Below are positions 36,701-47,780 of a DNA stretch of 64,000 nt, piece by piece. Made by a program: the position numbers and the translations under genes. Under the pieces are notes generated by a model. It did no database searches. It had not been told where the DNA came from and was given only the letters and a program-made list of their open reading frames with translations. Source of the stretch: Tubiluchus corallicola (Eukaryota > Animalia > Priapulida); NCBI GenBank assembly GCA_030141605.1, contig JAQGDQ010000146.1, positions 1-64,000 on the forward strand, written 5' to 3'. Numbering within the stretch: position 1 is the first letter of the stretch; each line of letters starts with the position of its first letter.

Positions 36701-39649
36701 GGTCAAGTCAGGGCCTTGAAAAATTCGCATATTCAATGATACCCCTTCAAATTCTGCTGCACAGTTAAAAACAATGCGGTGTTTATCGGGCTTCTTTGGA
36801 TGGACAACACCATGGTGAGGAAGATACCATGTGCATCCCAAACTTTCTTCTTTATGACCTGCTGGAACACATTCTGCATAGCCTTTAAGCAACAAATCAG
36901 CCATACCAAGTGTGTACTTTTCGTGTTCCTCAGGGTCATTCAAGAGCTTTCTCCTCAAATATTGCAACCTCTTTTCTGCCATTGTGATGTTATTTGGAAA
37001 CTCAGGGGGGTAATCTTTGAATGGAATTTCAAATTCATAATGAGTGTCAACAAGTTTTGCAGACTTACTCCAAATATCTAGAGTCATTTTATCCTCAACA
37101 GACATCTGAGGGACATCATCAATACCAAGACTGTCTATTTGCCAAAAACGCTGAACTTGAGTATTCAGTTCACTATCTGTGTTTACCAGATTAGAGAAAC
37201 TCGCGTATCTTTCTGAATCATGTGAAGCCTGGCCTGCCAAACCATTTACAGTCCAACCTAAAGGAGTGCGAATAGCGTAAGGGTCACCTTCTCTGCCATA
37301 CCTCACTTCCAATGGCTTTAAAGCATCAGCATGGTCTTGGCCAATAAGCAGATTTACATCTTCTCCAGGTTTGACCTGAGTCAGACGAATGTTCTTCAAG
37401 TGTTCCCAACTTGCAGCCTCGCTTGATACAGCAACACTGTCGCGAAGTGACGGAAATGTCTCAATGGCACATAATTTGTCAAGAAACAACCCCTTTCTTT
37501 TTGTCTCTTTCCCAGAGAGTGGCATGACATACAGCGATACCTCATATGCATCAACATAACTGCCTTCATTAACAGTTGTTAAGAATATTGACTTTTTAGC
37601 CTTTGCACTTAAACCAAGCGTTGTCATCAGTTCACGAGAACAAAATGATCTGGTACTTCCCGGATCCAACAATGCATGGACTTTTATACCAACATGATCT
37701 TGGTTTTTCTTTGCTAAAACTGTCACAACTGGTAAGCATGCTCTACTGAACTTCTTGTCAATGTGCTGACGTCTAATATCACAAGCATAACTGTTAGCTC
37801 TTGCAGTATCTTCAGTTCCAACTTGCCCATTAATAAAAGCAGAACTGTTAGGATTACCTGTATCCTCTGATGCTTGTTCTTGGGTTGATGTACATGCAGT
37901 AACTTTCTTTGCTCTTTCATTAAAAGCCTTATGGAGTAATCTCGAATGCATTTGTTGACATCCCTGTACACTACACCGTGGCTGAGCACATTTGTGACTA
38001 AAATGTCCTGGGTGTAGGCAATTAAAGCAAACTTTATTCTTTCTTGCAATTTTCAATCTGTCAGCTGGTTGAAGACTCTGATATGATTTACACATATTGA
38101 GAGTATGAGTTGATGAACACTGTGGGCAAGACTTTGTTGCTGGTTCAGCTATTTGCTTGGCACTAATGTTAAAACTTCTCGATCCTCTTCCTCTACTGGA
38201 ATCTTTAACCTTGGAATCCCTACCAAACTCACAATAGCCAAAGACAGGATCACTTGCCTCTCTTGCTGCTTGATTCAAAAAATCGGCCAGCTCATGAATA
38301 CCGGGATATCTATTAGTTTTCTGCAAATGTTTTGATGCCTTTGTCCTCCACCTGCCCTGAAGATATATTGGCAGCCTTTTGACAATTTGCACCATGCTTC
38401 TTTTAGTATCTACTTCATCAAGTCTTCCCATTGCTAACAATGTGATATTGCAACTGCGCACTTCATCAGCTAACTTCTGTAGAAGTCGTGAATCACCAGG
38501 CTTAATTAATGGACCTTCTGTCAATGTCCTTACCCAAGCTTCAGATATTTTATAATCATTGCCGAACCTCTCCTTTAACAACTTCCTAGCTTCAGCATAT
38601 CCATCTTCTGGATCTAAAACCGCACAACATCGAATTACATCTAAAGCTTCTCCTTGGCATGACTGAAACAGTCTGTTCAATTTGGCTGCAGAACTAACAC
38701 GCACATCTCCGACTACCTGATCAAATGTTCTCATATATATCCAGTATTCCAATGGATTACCGTCAAACATAACCAACTCAGCTTTAGGTAGCTGCATGAC
38801 ATCCATCATGTGAGCCTGCATTTCCAAATCATGATGCTTAGCAGCAACTGATGCTTGGCCATCTTTCTCACACATCCATTCAGGAGCATTGGCATCAAGA
38901 TTGTGTTCTTTGTGTTGGCTAGTAACATGTTGCTGCTGTTGAACCCACTGCTCAACTCTTTCCCTCACAAAGTCCACAGGCTGCTCATCTTCAATGTTCT
39001 CACTTCTAGAATTCAAACTGGCTCTAGAGTTATCAAATTCTTCTAAAGCTCTTTCTTCTGCATCAGCCTTAGCAATTTGTGTCTTCAACTCCAAATCTCT
39101 CTTTCTCTGCTTCATCTGAAGTTCCTCTTCTTCAAGCAGTTTTCGTTCTTCTGCTATCTTAGCTTCAGCGATCAAGGCTGCTTTCCTAGCAAAAGCTTTA
39201 GCTCTAGCGCTGCTTATTGAGCTAGCCTTCGTCCCAACAGACTGTCGTTTGCCATATGTTTTACTATGTAGAGATGAAAGCTTACTATGCGTAGATGCTT
39301 TATTAGATTTTGTGACATCATCAACCTCAGTTGCATGTTCAACTTCCTTTTGACGAATAGAAAGATAATTGTTTATTAATTGTGCAATATCTGCTACCCT
39401 TTCAGCGACTTCTTCGCAATATTCTTGAGACAATTCCTTTAACTGCTCAGGTAAAAGTTCATGGTAGCGTTTGTGTACTTCAATAAACTGCTCATTAAGA
39501 GACATTAATTCAACATACTGAATTTTAACACCCTCTTTACCAGCATTGACTTTAATTAAATCTTTTACTTTTGCAATCTTTTTGGTAATTGCACCCTTTA
39601 AATGGCCCCTGGCTATTCTTAATTCACTGAGCTGCTTTTCTTCAGCCAT
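33797..39649 (-). CDS. BEL/Pao gag-pol polyprotein (gag with three Cys/His knuckles, protease, RT, RNase H, integrase)
   Basis: 1950 aa: CPQC..H...C / CFNC...H....C knuckles, ALLDPGS protease, SDIEAMF and FYVDD RT, HTFADAS RNase H, GVDCFGP/SDNGTNF/GGVWER integrase. RNase H is locally damaged (see findings). Confidence 0.95.
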   Translation of the reverse strand: MAEEKQLSELRIARGHLKGAITKKIAKVKDLIKVNAGKEGVKIQYVELMSLNEQFIEVHKRYHELLPEQLKELSQEYCEEVAERVADIAQLINNYLSIRQKEVEHATEVDDVTKSNKASTHSKLSSLHSKTYGKRQSVGTKASSISSARAKAFARKAALIAEAKIAEERKLLEEEELQMKQRKRDLELKTQIAKADAEERALEEFDNSRASLNSRSENIEDEQPVDFVRERVEQWVQQQQHVTSQHKEHNLDANAPEWMCEKDGQASVAAKHHDLEMQAHMMDVMQLPKAELVMFDGNPLEYWIYMRTFDQVVGDVRVSSAAKLNRLFQSCQGEALDVIRCCAVLDPEDGYAEARKLLKERFGNDYKISEAWVRTLTEGPLIKPGDSRLLQKLADEVRSCNITLLAMGRLDEVDTKRSMVQIVKRLPIYLQGRWRTKASKHLQKTNRYPGIHELADFLNQAAREASDPVFGYCEFGRDSKVKDSSRGRGSRSFNISAKQIAEPATKSCPQCSSTHTLNMCKSYQSLQPADRLKIARKNKVCFNCLHPGHFSHKCAQPRCSVQGCQQMHSRLLHKAFNERAKKVTACTSTQEQASEDTGNPNSSAFINGQVGTEDTARANSYACDIRRQHIDKKFSRACLPVVTVLAKKNQDHVGIKVHALLDPGSTRSFCSRELMTTLGLSAKAKKSIFLTTVNEGSYVDAYEVSLYVMPLSGKETKRKGLFLDKLCAIETFPSLRDSVAVSSEAASWEHLKNIRLTQVKPGEDVNLLIGQDHADALKPLEVRYGREGDPYAIRTPLGWTVNGLAGQASHDSERYASFSNLVNTDSELNTQVQRFWQIDSLGIDDVPQMSVEDKMTLDIWSKSAKLVDTHYEFEIPFKDYPPEFPNNITMAEKRLQYLRRKLLNDPEEHEKYTLGMADLLLKGYAECVPAGHKEESLGCTWYLPHHGVVHPKKPDKHRIVFNCAAEFEGVSLNMRIFQGPDLTNKLLGVLLRFRESPIAVMSDIEAMFNQVLVSEHHRDVLRFLWYPDGKLDEKPAIYRMTRHLFGGTWSPSCATYALQRTASDNAEDFDKIIVKAVMKNFYVDDCLKSLRSSQEAIWFIKQLTSLLARGGFRITKWISNDRAVLDSVPTEERSQSVRNLELSSGLLPPERALGLFWNTELDQLCVQVNVSQKPCTRRGLLSTLNSIYDPLGLLCPVVVLAKQLFQTECRSDKSWDDPLEPNTEQKWQKWLSDSTKLDQFGIDRHHVPRDFGMVVACELHTFADASERAYGSVAYLRFVNNIGRIHCSFILAKSRLAPLKKLVTIPRLELCAALMAVKMAQSIRRELDICIQESFFWTDSLIVLKYICNTDNLKDLKHLLPTGCPRFMKHQCQVSSEKNVAYDISRGLTADQIRSSGRWLSGPDYLWKPRSDWPQSPKTDVELSDDLEIKANRREKINATVLVLEPIGTDAVEKLILRYSSWYSLVKSVAWILRLKEILLSRVRASDLAVPSGGLTVSEMRQAEVSIVKHVQLKHFSNDMAGLDSDAEKRSSKLSRRSVLRKLDPIVLNGVICVGGRLKHSQLSDDAKHPMILPKKDHVVSLIIQHYHERSWHSGREYVLSKIRERFWIVNARPAIRGVLSRCMKCRIRDAAPLTQKMADLPTDRVTPGTAPFMKVGVDCFGPFMAKRGRALVKRYGCVFTCLMTRAVHIEVLHSLDTDSFINALFRFISRRGIPEMIRSDNGTNFAGSNKELRTAIKVWNQSRIEDMLRQKNVQWLFNTPASSHHGGVWERMIGLIRRVLSSVAMEQTLDDEGLATLMCNVEAVINGRPITVVSDDPKDMEPLTPNHLLLMRSGATLPPGLFDEHDLYRRRWRQVQFLSDLFWKRWLREYLPLLQKRQKWNKASDNLQVGDLVLVVDSNLPRNQWCLGRVCEVFPGPDSLVRSVRVKTSNAVLKRPIQKLCLLEKLDKF

Positions 39650-40297
39650 GATAAATTAATGATCTTCAAAACTGAATGCTAAATACGGTATAAAGCGGGC
39701 ATGTGTTAGGGAGGTATAAAAATAATGTACAGTAAACAAATTACAGTAAACTTTTTTGCACACAGAGCCTAGGCAAAATTATGTAGATGTACAGTTATGG
39801 CTAGTCCAGCAATAAATAAATCCAATATTCCAACAACAGCAGTGTAAGGTCTGTAGCTACATGCATTCAAGCATTAATTTTACTACTTTACTTTGGCTCA
39901 AAACCAGTTTGTAAGAAAGCAGTACAAACTTCCTTCCAGTGCAAGTTAACTCAAGGACTTTTACACAGTTAGCTTAAAAATAAATTTACCCAAATACTGT
40001 ATGAATCCAAATCACAGAGAATAAGCTAATACTGTAGCCCAAATTAGAAACAGATACAGGTTATGACCTTTACAAGTTTCATAAATAACACCACTATAAA
40101 TGCATTAGTCATTGTAACCACAACTAACAAATTACAATACAATGTAACCTTACAATAACAATATATACATAGCTGCTCATGTAGCCTTTGCTTGATCTTC
40201 CACCAGCTCATGCAGGTTGACAAGAGTCCATTGACAGCAAACAGGGCTACTTGATCCAGGAGCTTCTAACTGCTGGTACCGGATAATAAACGATGAA

Positions 40298-40812
40298 TGT
40301 AGCATGCATGACCCATTTCTTCAAGAGTGACCAAGAATGCTCAAACACTCCATTCCAAACATCAAGTCCAGACATAAGTGTGTTCATTAGTTGTTTATTC
40401 TGTTAAGAATACATATATGTAAATAATTTCATTGCTGCATATTTTATGATTTAATAACTTCAAATTAGTACAAACACAAGCAAATCTCTTAAAGTAACAT
40501 TTCACTAATACAGTTACTTTCAGTAATTAGTCAAATCAGCAAAAAATATCAAATTAAATAAAAGCAACTTACATCCTTGCCCAAACATTAGAGCACCTTT
40601 AGAAAAACAGTGACAGACTGCAGACAGCAGGAATCAATACAGTTATCAAGCCACAAATCTATAATTCACATGTGTTCAGTCCTAACATATCAAGACCAAG
40701 TGTGAGCAGCATTTCACAAAGCCAGGTACTAAAGTCGTCAACCATGAAATCACCTGACAGGTAAGTTGAGGTAACTGCCTGCTGGCCTCAGAGGGCAGCA
40801 CTGTCCTGTACA
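40298..40812 (-). repeat. 5' LTR of BEL/Pao element
   Basis: Direct repeat of 33241-33755. Confidence 0.95.
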
Positions 40813-41493
40813 CATAGGTCGACATGTACTGGACTGTAACAAGGATAACAACAAGTCCTTCTTCTGAACAGTTTGAATTATGGTAAGTTCACTGAGATTT
40901 TACAAATCTTTCTTAGTACATAAGTCGACATGTACTGGACTGTAACAAAGGTAACAACAAGTCCCTCTTCTGAACAGTTTGAATTATGGTGAGTTCACTG
41001 AGATTTTACAAATCTTTCTTAGTACATAAGTCGACATACACTGGACTGTAACAAGGGTAACAACAAGTCCTTCTTCTGAACAGTTTGAATTATGGTGAGT
41101 TCACTGAGATTTTACAAATCTTTCTTAGTACATAGGTCGACATGTACTGGACTGTAACAAGGGTAACAACAAGTCCTTCTTCTGAACAGTTTGAATTATG
41201 GTGAGTTCACTGAGATTTTACAAATCTTTCTTAGTACATAGGTCGACATGTACTGGACTGTAACAAGGATAACAACAAGTTCTTCTTCTGAACAGTTTGA
41301 ATTAAGGTGAGTTCACTGAGATTTTACAAATCTTTCTTAGTACATAGGTCGACATGTACTGGACTGTAACAAGGATAACAACAAGTCCTTCTTCTGGACA
41401 GTTTGAATTATGGTGAGTTCACTGAGATTTTACAAATCTTTCTTAGTACATAAGTCGACATATACTGGCATGTAACAAAAGTAACAACAAGTC
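40813..41493. repeat. 106-bp minisatellite, ~6.4 copies, abutting the LTR
   Basis: Unit starts (cata(g/a)gtcgaca) at 40813, 40919, 41025, 41131, 41237, 41343 and 41449. Confidence 0.95.
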
Positions 41494-41530
41494 AACAATG
41501 CAAGCAGCAACAGCAATAAAAATTACACAC

Positions 41531-43772
41531 CTGGTGGTCCTGGCGGTCCAGGTGGTCCTTCGACGGTTCTGCAGATTGGACATCCTGTAAAAATGCAATG
41601 CAACAAGTCAAGTAATTTCAACGATTGAGGTCTTGAGATTTAGCGCATATGTAATCAGATGGGATTGTGAATTAACAGACAGATTGGTTAGCAAGTAGAA
41701 CGCTGTGAAGCAAGTGATTCAAACTCAAAGCAAAACACAATAAAAGTGACTTTTAATTTAAAGAAAACTGACAACTAAGAATTCGGACGAGTAACACCAC
41801 TGACGATTACTGTCTAAGCAGGAATAATTTTATTTAAAAGAATATCTTAATCATACTGTACACGGTTTCTTCACGAACAAGATCCATTTAACTGAGATAA
41901 AACAGAAATTGTGGACAAAGGAAAGCTGACAATTTTGCATTACGATTTACTTATTCTAAATATATATCCAATATTTATAATCAATGTATAATCAATTTAC
42001 TATAAGATCATTTTGGGTTAGTTCTTTTACAATATCTACATATATTGTAGTGTCTCTCTTTCTGTAAATGTTTCGAATGTCATTATCTTCTAAGCTGCGC
42101 TCGAGATTCACTCTTATATCTTTTCTAAGCAATGGTAACGGACAATGAAAAATTAAATGTTCTGGGGTTTGACTGCCCAAAGCGCAAACACACAGATCTG
42201 AATCAGTTATACCTCTCCTGTATTTAAATGATTTGCAACCTCTTCCAAGAGGCTGTTTACAGAGGGCAACCACCATACCGCGAATCATGATATAGGCATT
42301 ACGGAAGATAGAAGACGTCTTACGGGTAACGCATCGTGTATTATTTCTTGCTCCTTGCGTCTAACAAGCTAGGATTACCATTCTCTTATTTACTCCCAAA
42401 TGGCCTAGTCATTGTCATCAAATAAAGGCACGACAAATTAATTTAAAACAGGAAGCGTTTTTGTTCAGAGCCAATAACACAATTTCGCCCAGAAAAGTTT
42501 TCTCCTAAACTAATTCGTAGCCCTTCATCTTGGTAGGAGTATTTGCGAAAGAAAGCCTTGCCATCGTGTAGCTGATTTCTCTTCTTTCCAAACAGCTATA
42601 CGTTTTCCGTCAAAGACACCACCATCTCACCCCACCACCACAACCACCCCCACCCCCACCACCACCCCACCCCCACCAAACGCCGCTACGATGTTTATTG
42701 TACGCGGTGTTCTTCTAGGAATGGCCCGAGAAAAACCTTCAAAAATGCCCGTGGTGGTAAGGGAGGTGTTCTTTGAAAGAAATTTATAGCTTTTCTGGAA
42801 AGACGAGAACCCAGCTACACAGTGATACGGGCCTCTTTTACAGATGTCTCTATGAGCTTGAAGTTTTACAAATTAGATTGGAGACCGCATTTTTCTGAAC
42901 GATCCTGTATAGAAATGAATAAAGCATGATTTTATCGTCTTACCACAAAGTGTACCGGTATATCCAGATCTACAGGTACAAGTAAATACGCCATCTTCCA
43001 TCCCATCTGTATCGGAACATGTTGCACCATTTTTACAAGGATTCGTGGTACAGTCATCTGTATAGATACAAAATAAAACATGAAAACAAATGAGCAATGA
43101 ATGTCAAGACTACAGACACACAGATATTACACAAATAAAATAAAATTATTTAGTGTAGTAAAGCTACATATAAAAACTAGCGTCATAAGTGCTTTTTATA
43201 TGCTGAAAATGCACATGCAAAAAGTGACAGGTTTCCAAATATTGCTAAAAGCATTTTTTACGAAGAATTTACTGTAGTAAACAATTTCTTATTGTACTAA
43301 CGACGTTTTGAGAGCACACTCCTTCTCCTCTTCAGATCACCATAACATGCAATCTAAAAAGTTTGAAAATTCAAATATAGATACATATAAGAATTATCAT
43401 TTAGGCAAGAGCTGCCATGAATCACAATAAATAACACGTATGCGGTATTCTGTGTTAAAGAAGCCAACTTATTTACACTGTTACTCGTGTAACTCACCTA
43501 GTATTGAAGTAAGAGTGTAATGAGTAAAAGAATCGCAGAAAATTCTTAAAGCTCTTTAAAATGAACTTTGAAAAATTTTGATACTAGGTGGTGTAAACGA
43601 GTGATAGTGTAAATAACATTCAGCATTAGTTCCTCCCTGAACACAGAAAATAGTGTATTGTATTAATAGACATAAATATACCTAGCACTGCTGCTGCATC
43701 ACAAACACGCGTAATTGCAGCAATCACTAAAAAGCCAAACAAAGCTCGTCTTCTTTCAGTCGCCATCATCAT
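41531..43772 (-). CDS. Secreted EGF + collagen-repeat protein, 5' part (3 coding exons); 3' exons not found
   Basis: Phase-1 exons 43682-43772 (signal peptide MMMATERRRALFGFLVIAAITRVCDAAAVL), 42944-43057 (EGF DDCTTNPCKNGATC..CTCRSGYTGTLC) and 41531-41584 (54 bp, GCPICRTVEGPPGPPGPP) splice in frame with GT-AG ends. Confidence 0.75.
41992..42290 (-). mobile_element. Non-LTR retrotransposon 3' remnant (C-terminal CCHC)
   Basis: CVCALGSQTPEHLIFHCP zinc-knuckle motif typical of the end of LINE ORF2. Confidence 0.6.
42512..42873. mobile_element. Fold-back / MITE-like element with ~125-bp imperfect inverted arms
   Basis: 42512-42640 aligns to the reverse complement of 42751-42873 (e.g. gtgtagctg..ttctc.tctttcca.a.agctata); C-rich spacer between the arms. 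Confidence 0.55.
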
Positions 43773-44299
43773 TTCTGGAGACGCTGTTTTACTGCAAGAA
43801 ATTTTGCAGAACTGTATAAATTCATTGACGATCTAGCACAGTACAAAAAACCTTTTCACAGTTTCACTGTAATTGCTGTAGGTCAAAGGTTAAGTGCACC
43901 ACAGCAACGTGTCTTAACTACAAGCGTCACGTGACATGTGGGTAAAGCAAAGCTTATTGCCGCATCGGTTCAGTAAATTTAGTTGTTTTACGTGGACTTT
44001 ACTTAATTAAACATTAGTATATGCGCAAATTTACTAGCAGGATGCTGCTGGGGAACAAGAAAAAATGAACTAGGTAAGGTTCTAGCTAGCTGTTAAAATT
44101 GCTACTATTACAATAGCATGGGCTGCGAGGCGTTGTCAAGTGTACACAAACGCGTTGCTATGGTATACTTAACCTTTGACCTTTTCACGATCATCATCAA
44201 TCGCTGGAACTGTGCAATCACAATACATTACAAAAGCAATGCAATATATTACAATAGATCAAAGAGAAAACTACTCAGACAGAACATCGTACTTGGGGT

Positions 44300-44372
44300 A
44301 TAATCATCATACAACACATAATAATAATAATAGTAATAATCATAATAATAACAATAATAATAATAATAATAA
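44300..44372. repeat. (AAT)n microsatellite
   Basis: Imperfect AAT run. Confidence 0.85.
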
Positions 44373-44788
44373 ACAGTATTTACAATAGCTAAATATTACA
44401 ATCATATTACATTATATTGTGTTATATTACAAAATTTATTCCGTTTTCACACTTCCAGAACATAACAGTTTTAGAAATGAAATTACAATTTTCAAACAAT
44501 TTATATAAGAATTTAGCAAAAACTTTGTTTTAAAAGCCAAATTGCTTAGATTATTGAGGAATGTAAAACAGCTTAGGCTACTACTTATGCAAGACCATCA
44601 TAATTACAATATTATACATAATTTACATGTAATAAGAAGCAATATTTGAAAATATTTATAAACTGGTACGTAAATAATATTATTAGCTGTGATTAAACTT
44701 ATAGCAGTACCTTTTACGATTATCGAAAATTTTAACCATTTCAGGATGCGAATCATCAATATGTTTAGAACTAAAAATAACAGCGAAA

Positions 44789-45016
44789 AAAGTTTTTACA
44801 TACCTTGTCTGCAGTAACAATGTCCTAAGAGCCAAACGGAACGAGCTCCACGAACTTTCTCACCTGCTAAATGATTTCAGATGATCACCTCATTTGGTCA
44901 GAAGGTTAAAGTGGAACTACATACTTTACCTTCCTGACATATTGGTGCTAATCACGAGGGTCGCTTTGTTAATTACGTCGCAGGTTAATAATGCAACGAG
45001 AAAGTCAGCACAAGTT
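44789..45016 (-). promoter_or_regulatory. Putative 5' non-coding exon and promoter (copy 1) of the EGF/collagen gene
   Basis: CAAG|GTATG donor at 44803; similar to 46924-47170; contains aattacgtc. The ATG exon has an acceptor (ttgcag) at 43792-43793. Confidence 0.35.
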
Positions 45017-45079
45017 TGCTTACTGAAATGCATTTAAGAACAACGAATCATGAAAATGTTTCACACGAATTTTTTTAAG

Positions 45080-45860
45080 ACTCAGTCGGTCGGTCATTCA
45101 GTCAGTCGTTCGGTCGGTCAGTCAGTTTATGATAGTTTGTCAGTTTTAGTTTTTGCGTGTCGGGGCTTGTTGCTACTGTTTCTTATGCAGTGTAACAGTC
45201 AGAGAATCAGTCAGTTGGTTGGTCGGTCAGTCAGTTTATGATAGTTTGTCAGTTTTAGTTTTTGGGTGTCGGGGCTTGTTTGTACTGTTTTTTATGCAGT
45301 GAAACAGTCAGTTGGTTGGTCGGTCAGTCAGTTTAGGATAGTTTGTCAGTTTTAGTTTTTGGGTGTCGGGGCTTGTTTGTACTGTTGCTTATGCAGTGCA
45401 ACAGTCAGTGAATCAGTCAGTTGGTTGGTCGGTCAGTCAGTTTATGATAATTTGTCAGTTTTAGTTTTTGCGTGTCGGGGTTTGTTAGTACTGTTTCTTA
45501 TGCAGTGAAACAGTCAGTGAATCAGTCAGTTGGTTGGTCGGTCAGTCAGTTTAGGATAGTTTGTCAGTTTTAGTTTTTGGGTGTCGGGGTTTGTTTGTAC
45601 TGTTGCTTATGCAGTGCAACAGTCAGTGAATCAGTCAGTTGGTTGGTCGGTCAGTCAGTTTATGATAATTTGTCAGTTTTAGTTTTTGCGTGTCGGGGTT
45701 TGTTAGTACTGTTTCTTATGCAGTGAAACAGTCAGTGAATCAGTCAGTTGGTTGGTCGGTCAGTCAGTAGTAGTTTCAGTTTTTGCGTGTCGGGACTTGC
45801 TTGTACTGTTTCTTATGCAGTAAAACAGCCAGTGAATCAGTCAGTTGGTTAGTCGGTCAG
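45080..45860. repeat. 109-bp minisatellite (~7 copies) with 218-bp dimeric higher-order structure
   Basis: Anchor gata(g/a)tttgtcag at 45131, 45240, 45337, 45446, 45555 and 45664; variants alternate between units. Confidence 0.9.
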
Positions 45861-46098
45861 GGGAAGGTGATAACAAGATGGGAATTTCCTCTTTTTGATG
45901 GCCACTGAGCTTAGAATGACACCTGCGGGGGGGTATGTGCACCTGACCAGCAAACTGCGTTATACACTATTTGCCAAAAGTCTGTTATGGACAAAACCCG
46001 TTTATGGAGGGGGTCCTGAGTTGGGTGCATTGAGTTCATACAAGCAACTTTTGCCGTGGCTAAATTTTCTGTAACGTCGTGCGTGAATAAGTACTAAC

Positions 46099-46590
46099 TG
46101 AATGAATGAATGAATGAATGAATGAAAGAGTGAATGAACGAATGAGTGAAAGAATGAATGAATGAAAGAATGAATGAATAAATGAATGAATGAATGAATG
46201 AATGAATGAATGAATGAATGAATGAATGAATGAATGAATGAATGAATGAATGAATGAATGAATGAATGAATGAATGAATGAATGGACGAATGAACGGACG
46301 GACGGATGAATGAATGAATGAATGAATGGGTGAATGAATGAATGAATGAATGAATGAATGAATGAATGAATGAATGAATGAATGAATGAATGAATGAATG
46401 AATGAATGAATGAATGAATGAATGAATGAATGAATGAATGAAAGAGTGAATGAATGAATGAATGAAAAGATGGAATAGAATGAATGAATGAATGAATGAA
46501 TGAATGAATGAATGAATGAATGAATGAATGAATGAATGAATGAATGAATGAATGAATGAATGAATGAATGAATGAATTAGTGAATGAATG
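46099..46590. repeat. (GAAT)n microsatellite
   Basis: ~490 bp of GAAT repeats. Confidence 0.98.
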
Positions 46591-46923
46591 CAGCAGAAAC
46601 TGTTTAACGTCTCGTGATTTAAGCCATTAGGGAGACAACAGTATTCGGGGAAAGAGGACCGCAAAAGTGGTATCAAAGCTGTATGCCGCTCAGAGACAGC
46701 CTATGTGTAATTCATAACATAAAATGGAACTAAAAAAGCCCCTAAAGGCTTCCTAGTCGCAATAAACAATGTTTGAAATAAAACAACGAAGCAGGCATAG
46801 ATAACAGTATAGTTTTAACCAAAGTTGGACAACTATGGATCTTAAAGATTATTAGAAAATGACGACTAAGCTTGTTCGCAAAGTTTGCTGCAAATTTTAG
46901 CAAGATCGTCGACATTTGTGCCT

Positions 46924-47170
46924 AAAGTTTTTACATTACCTTGTTGTAAAAGGAGCTCACAACGAAAAATGAACCACAAACTTTCTCCACGATCTCGAAG
47001 TACTAGTAGCGGACGTCAGAAGACCACCTCATTTTAAGGTTAGACATTAAAATTGCTCTACATGCCTAATTACTACTTTTTGTTTGACAAGTCAGTGCTA
47101 ATGGAGGATTGCCCTTCTAATTACGTCACAAGTCAGACTGTCAGAGTGCAATTAGAAAATCGGCAGAATT
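46924..47170 (-). promoter_or_regulatory. Diverged second copy of the putative 5' exon/promoter block
   Basis: CAAG|GTAAT donor at 46939. Shares aaagtttttaca, aactttctc, cacctcattt, gtgctaat and aattacgtc with 44789-45016. Confidence 0.35.
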
Positions 47171-47780
47171 CTTGCTCTAAGGCATAAGTACAATGCACAC
47201 TTCTTAGAGATTAGTGTTACCTAAAATGTTAAATAAAATTACTTGTGCTCAATACAGACATTTTTTGTATAGTGACCAGTGCATAGTACATTTTTGCATA
47301 ATATTCTGGACCGGGTTCGATGGCTTAGTGGTCTAAAACTACAAATTGCAGATATTACTAATATGTTTATTGACGACTTACAATCCATACAATTACAATT
47401 GTAATTACAAGTTACAAAGCATTACATAAACAAAGCAGTACATTACAATGAAGTCAAAAACTTTTTACGAATACAGTAACTGGACATGTGCTGTGATAAT
47501 AGACCCCATATCATTAAACATAGCCCATTGGACGCTTGTCGAATGTTTTGCAGAACGGCAGAGAAATGGGTCTTACACAAGAACAGTCTTCTTTGTGGAG
47601 ACTATTAGGGTCTTTCTGGACAACCATAAACCGAATCTACGTTAGACCTATACGACTCCGAGGCAAAAGAATTTAATGGTTGAAGCCTTTTTCCACTGAA
47701 TATTAATTGTCAAAGATCGTTAAATGGGCAAGTACGTTCTACAGCATGGACCAGTAATCAGGACTTAATCTTGTCACATC

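Larger units (their letters stand above)
33241..40812 (-). mobile_element. Full-length BEL/Pao LTR retrotransposon
   Basis: 515-bp TG..CA LTRs at 33241-33755 and 40298-40812 (2 mismatches seen), a polypurine tract next to the 3' LTR, and a single gag-pol ORF. Confidence 0.97.

Noticed and set aside
29767-39046. Short antisense or alternate-frame ORFs inside the CUB gene and BEL pol
   Set aside because: Shadow ORFs with no recognisable motifs.
40813-41493. CRISPR-like regular array
   Set aside because: Whole 106-bp units repeat with no unique spacers, no cas genes, and a eukaryotic context.
28068-41531. In-frame EGF/collagen-TPC1 fusion gene
   Set aside because: The collagen exon ends in phase 1 while the TPC1 exon needs phase 2, so direct splicing would be out of frame.
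43290-43560. Possible extra exons of the EGF/collagen gene
   Set aside because: Candidate acceptors lead to stops in the required phase, and the flanking exons already splice in frame.
46002-46676. 224-aa (HSFI)n ORF
   Set aside because: Translation of the (GAAT)n microsatellite.
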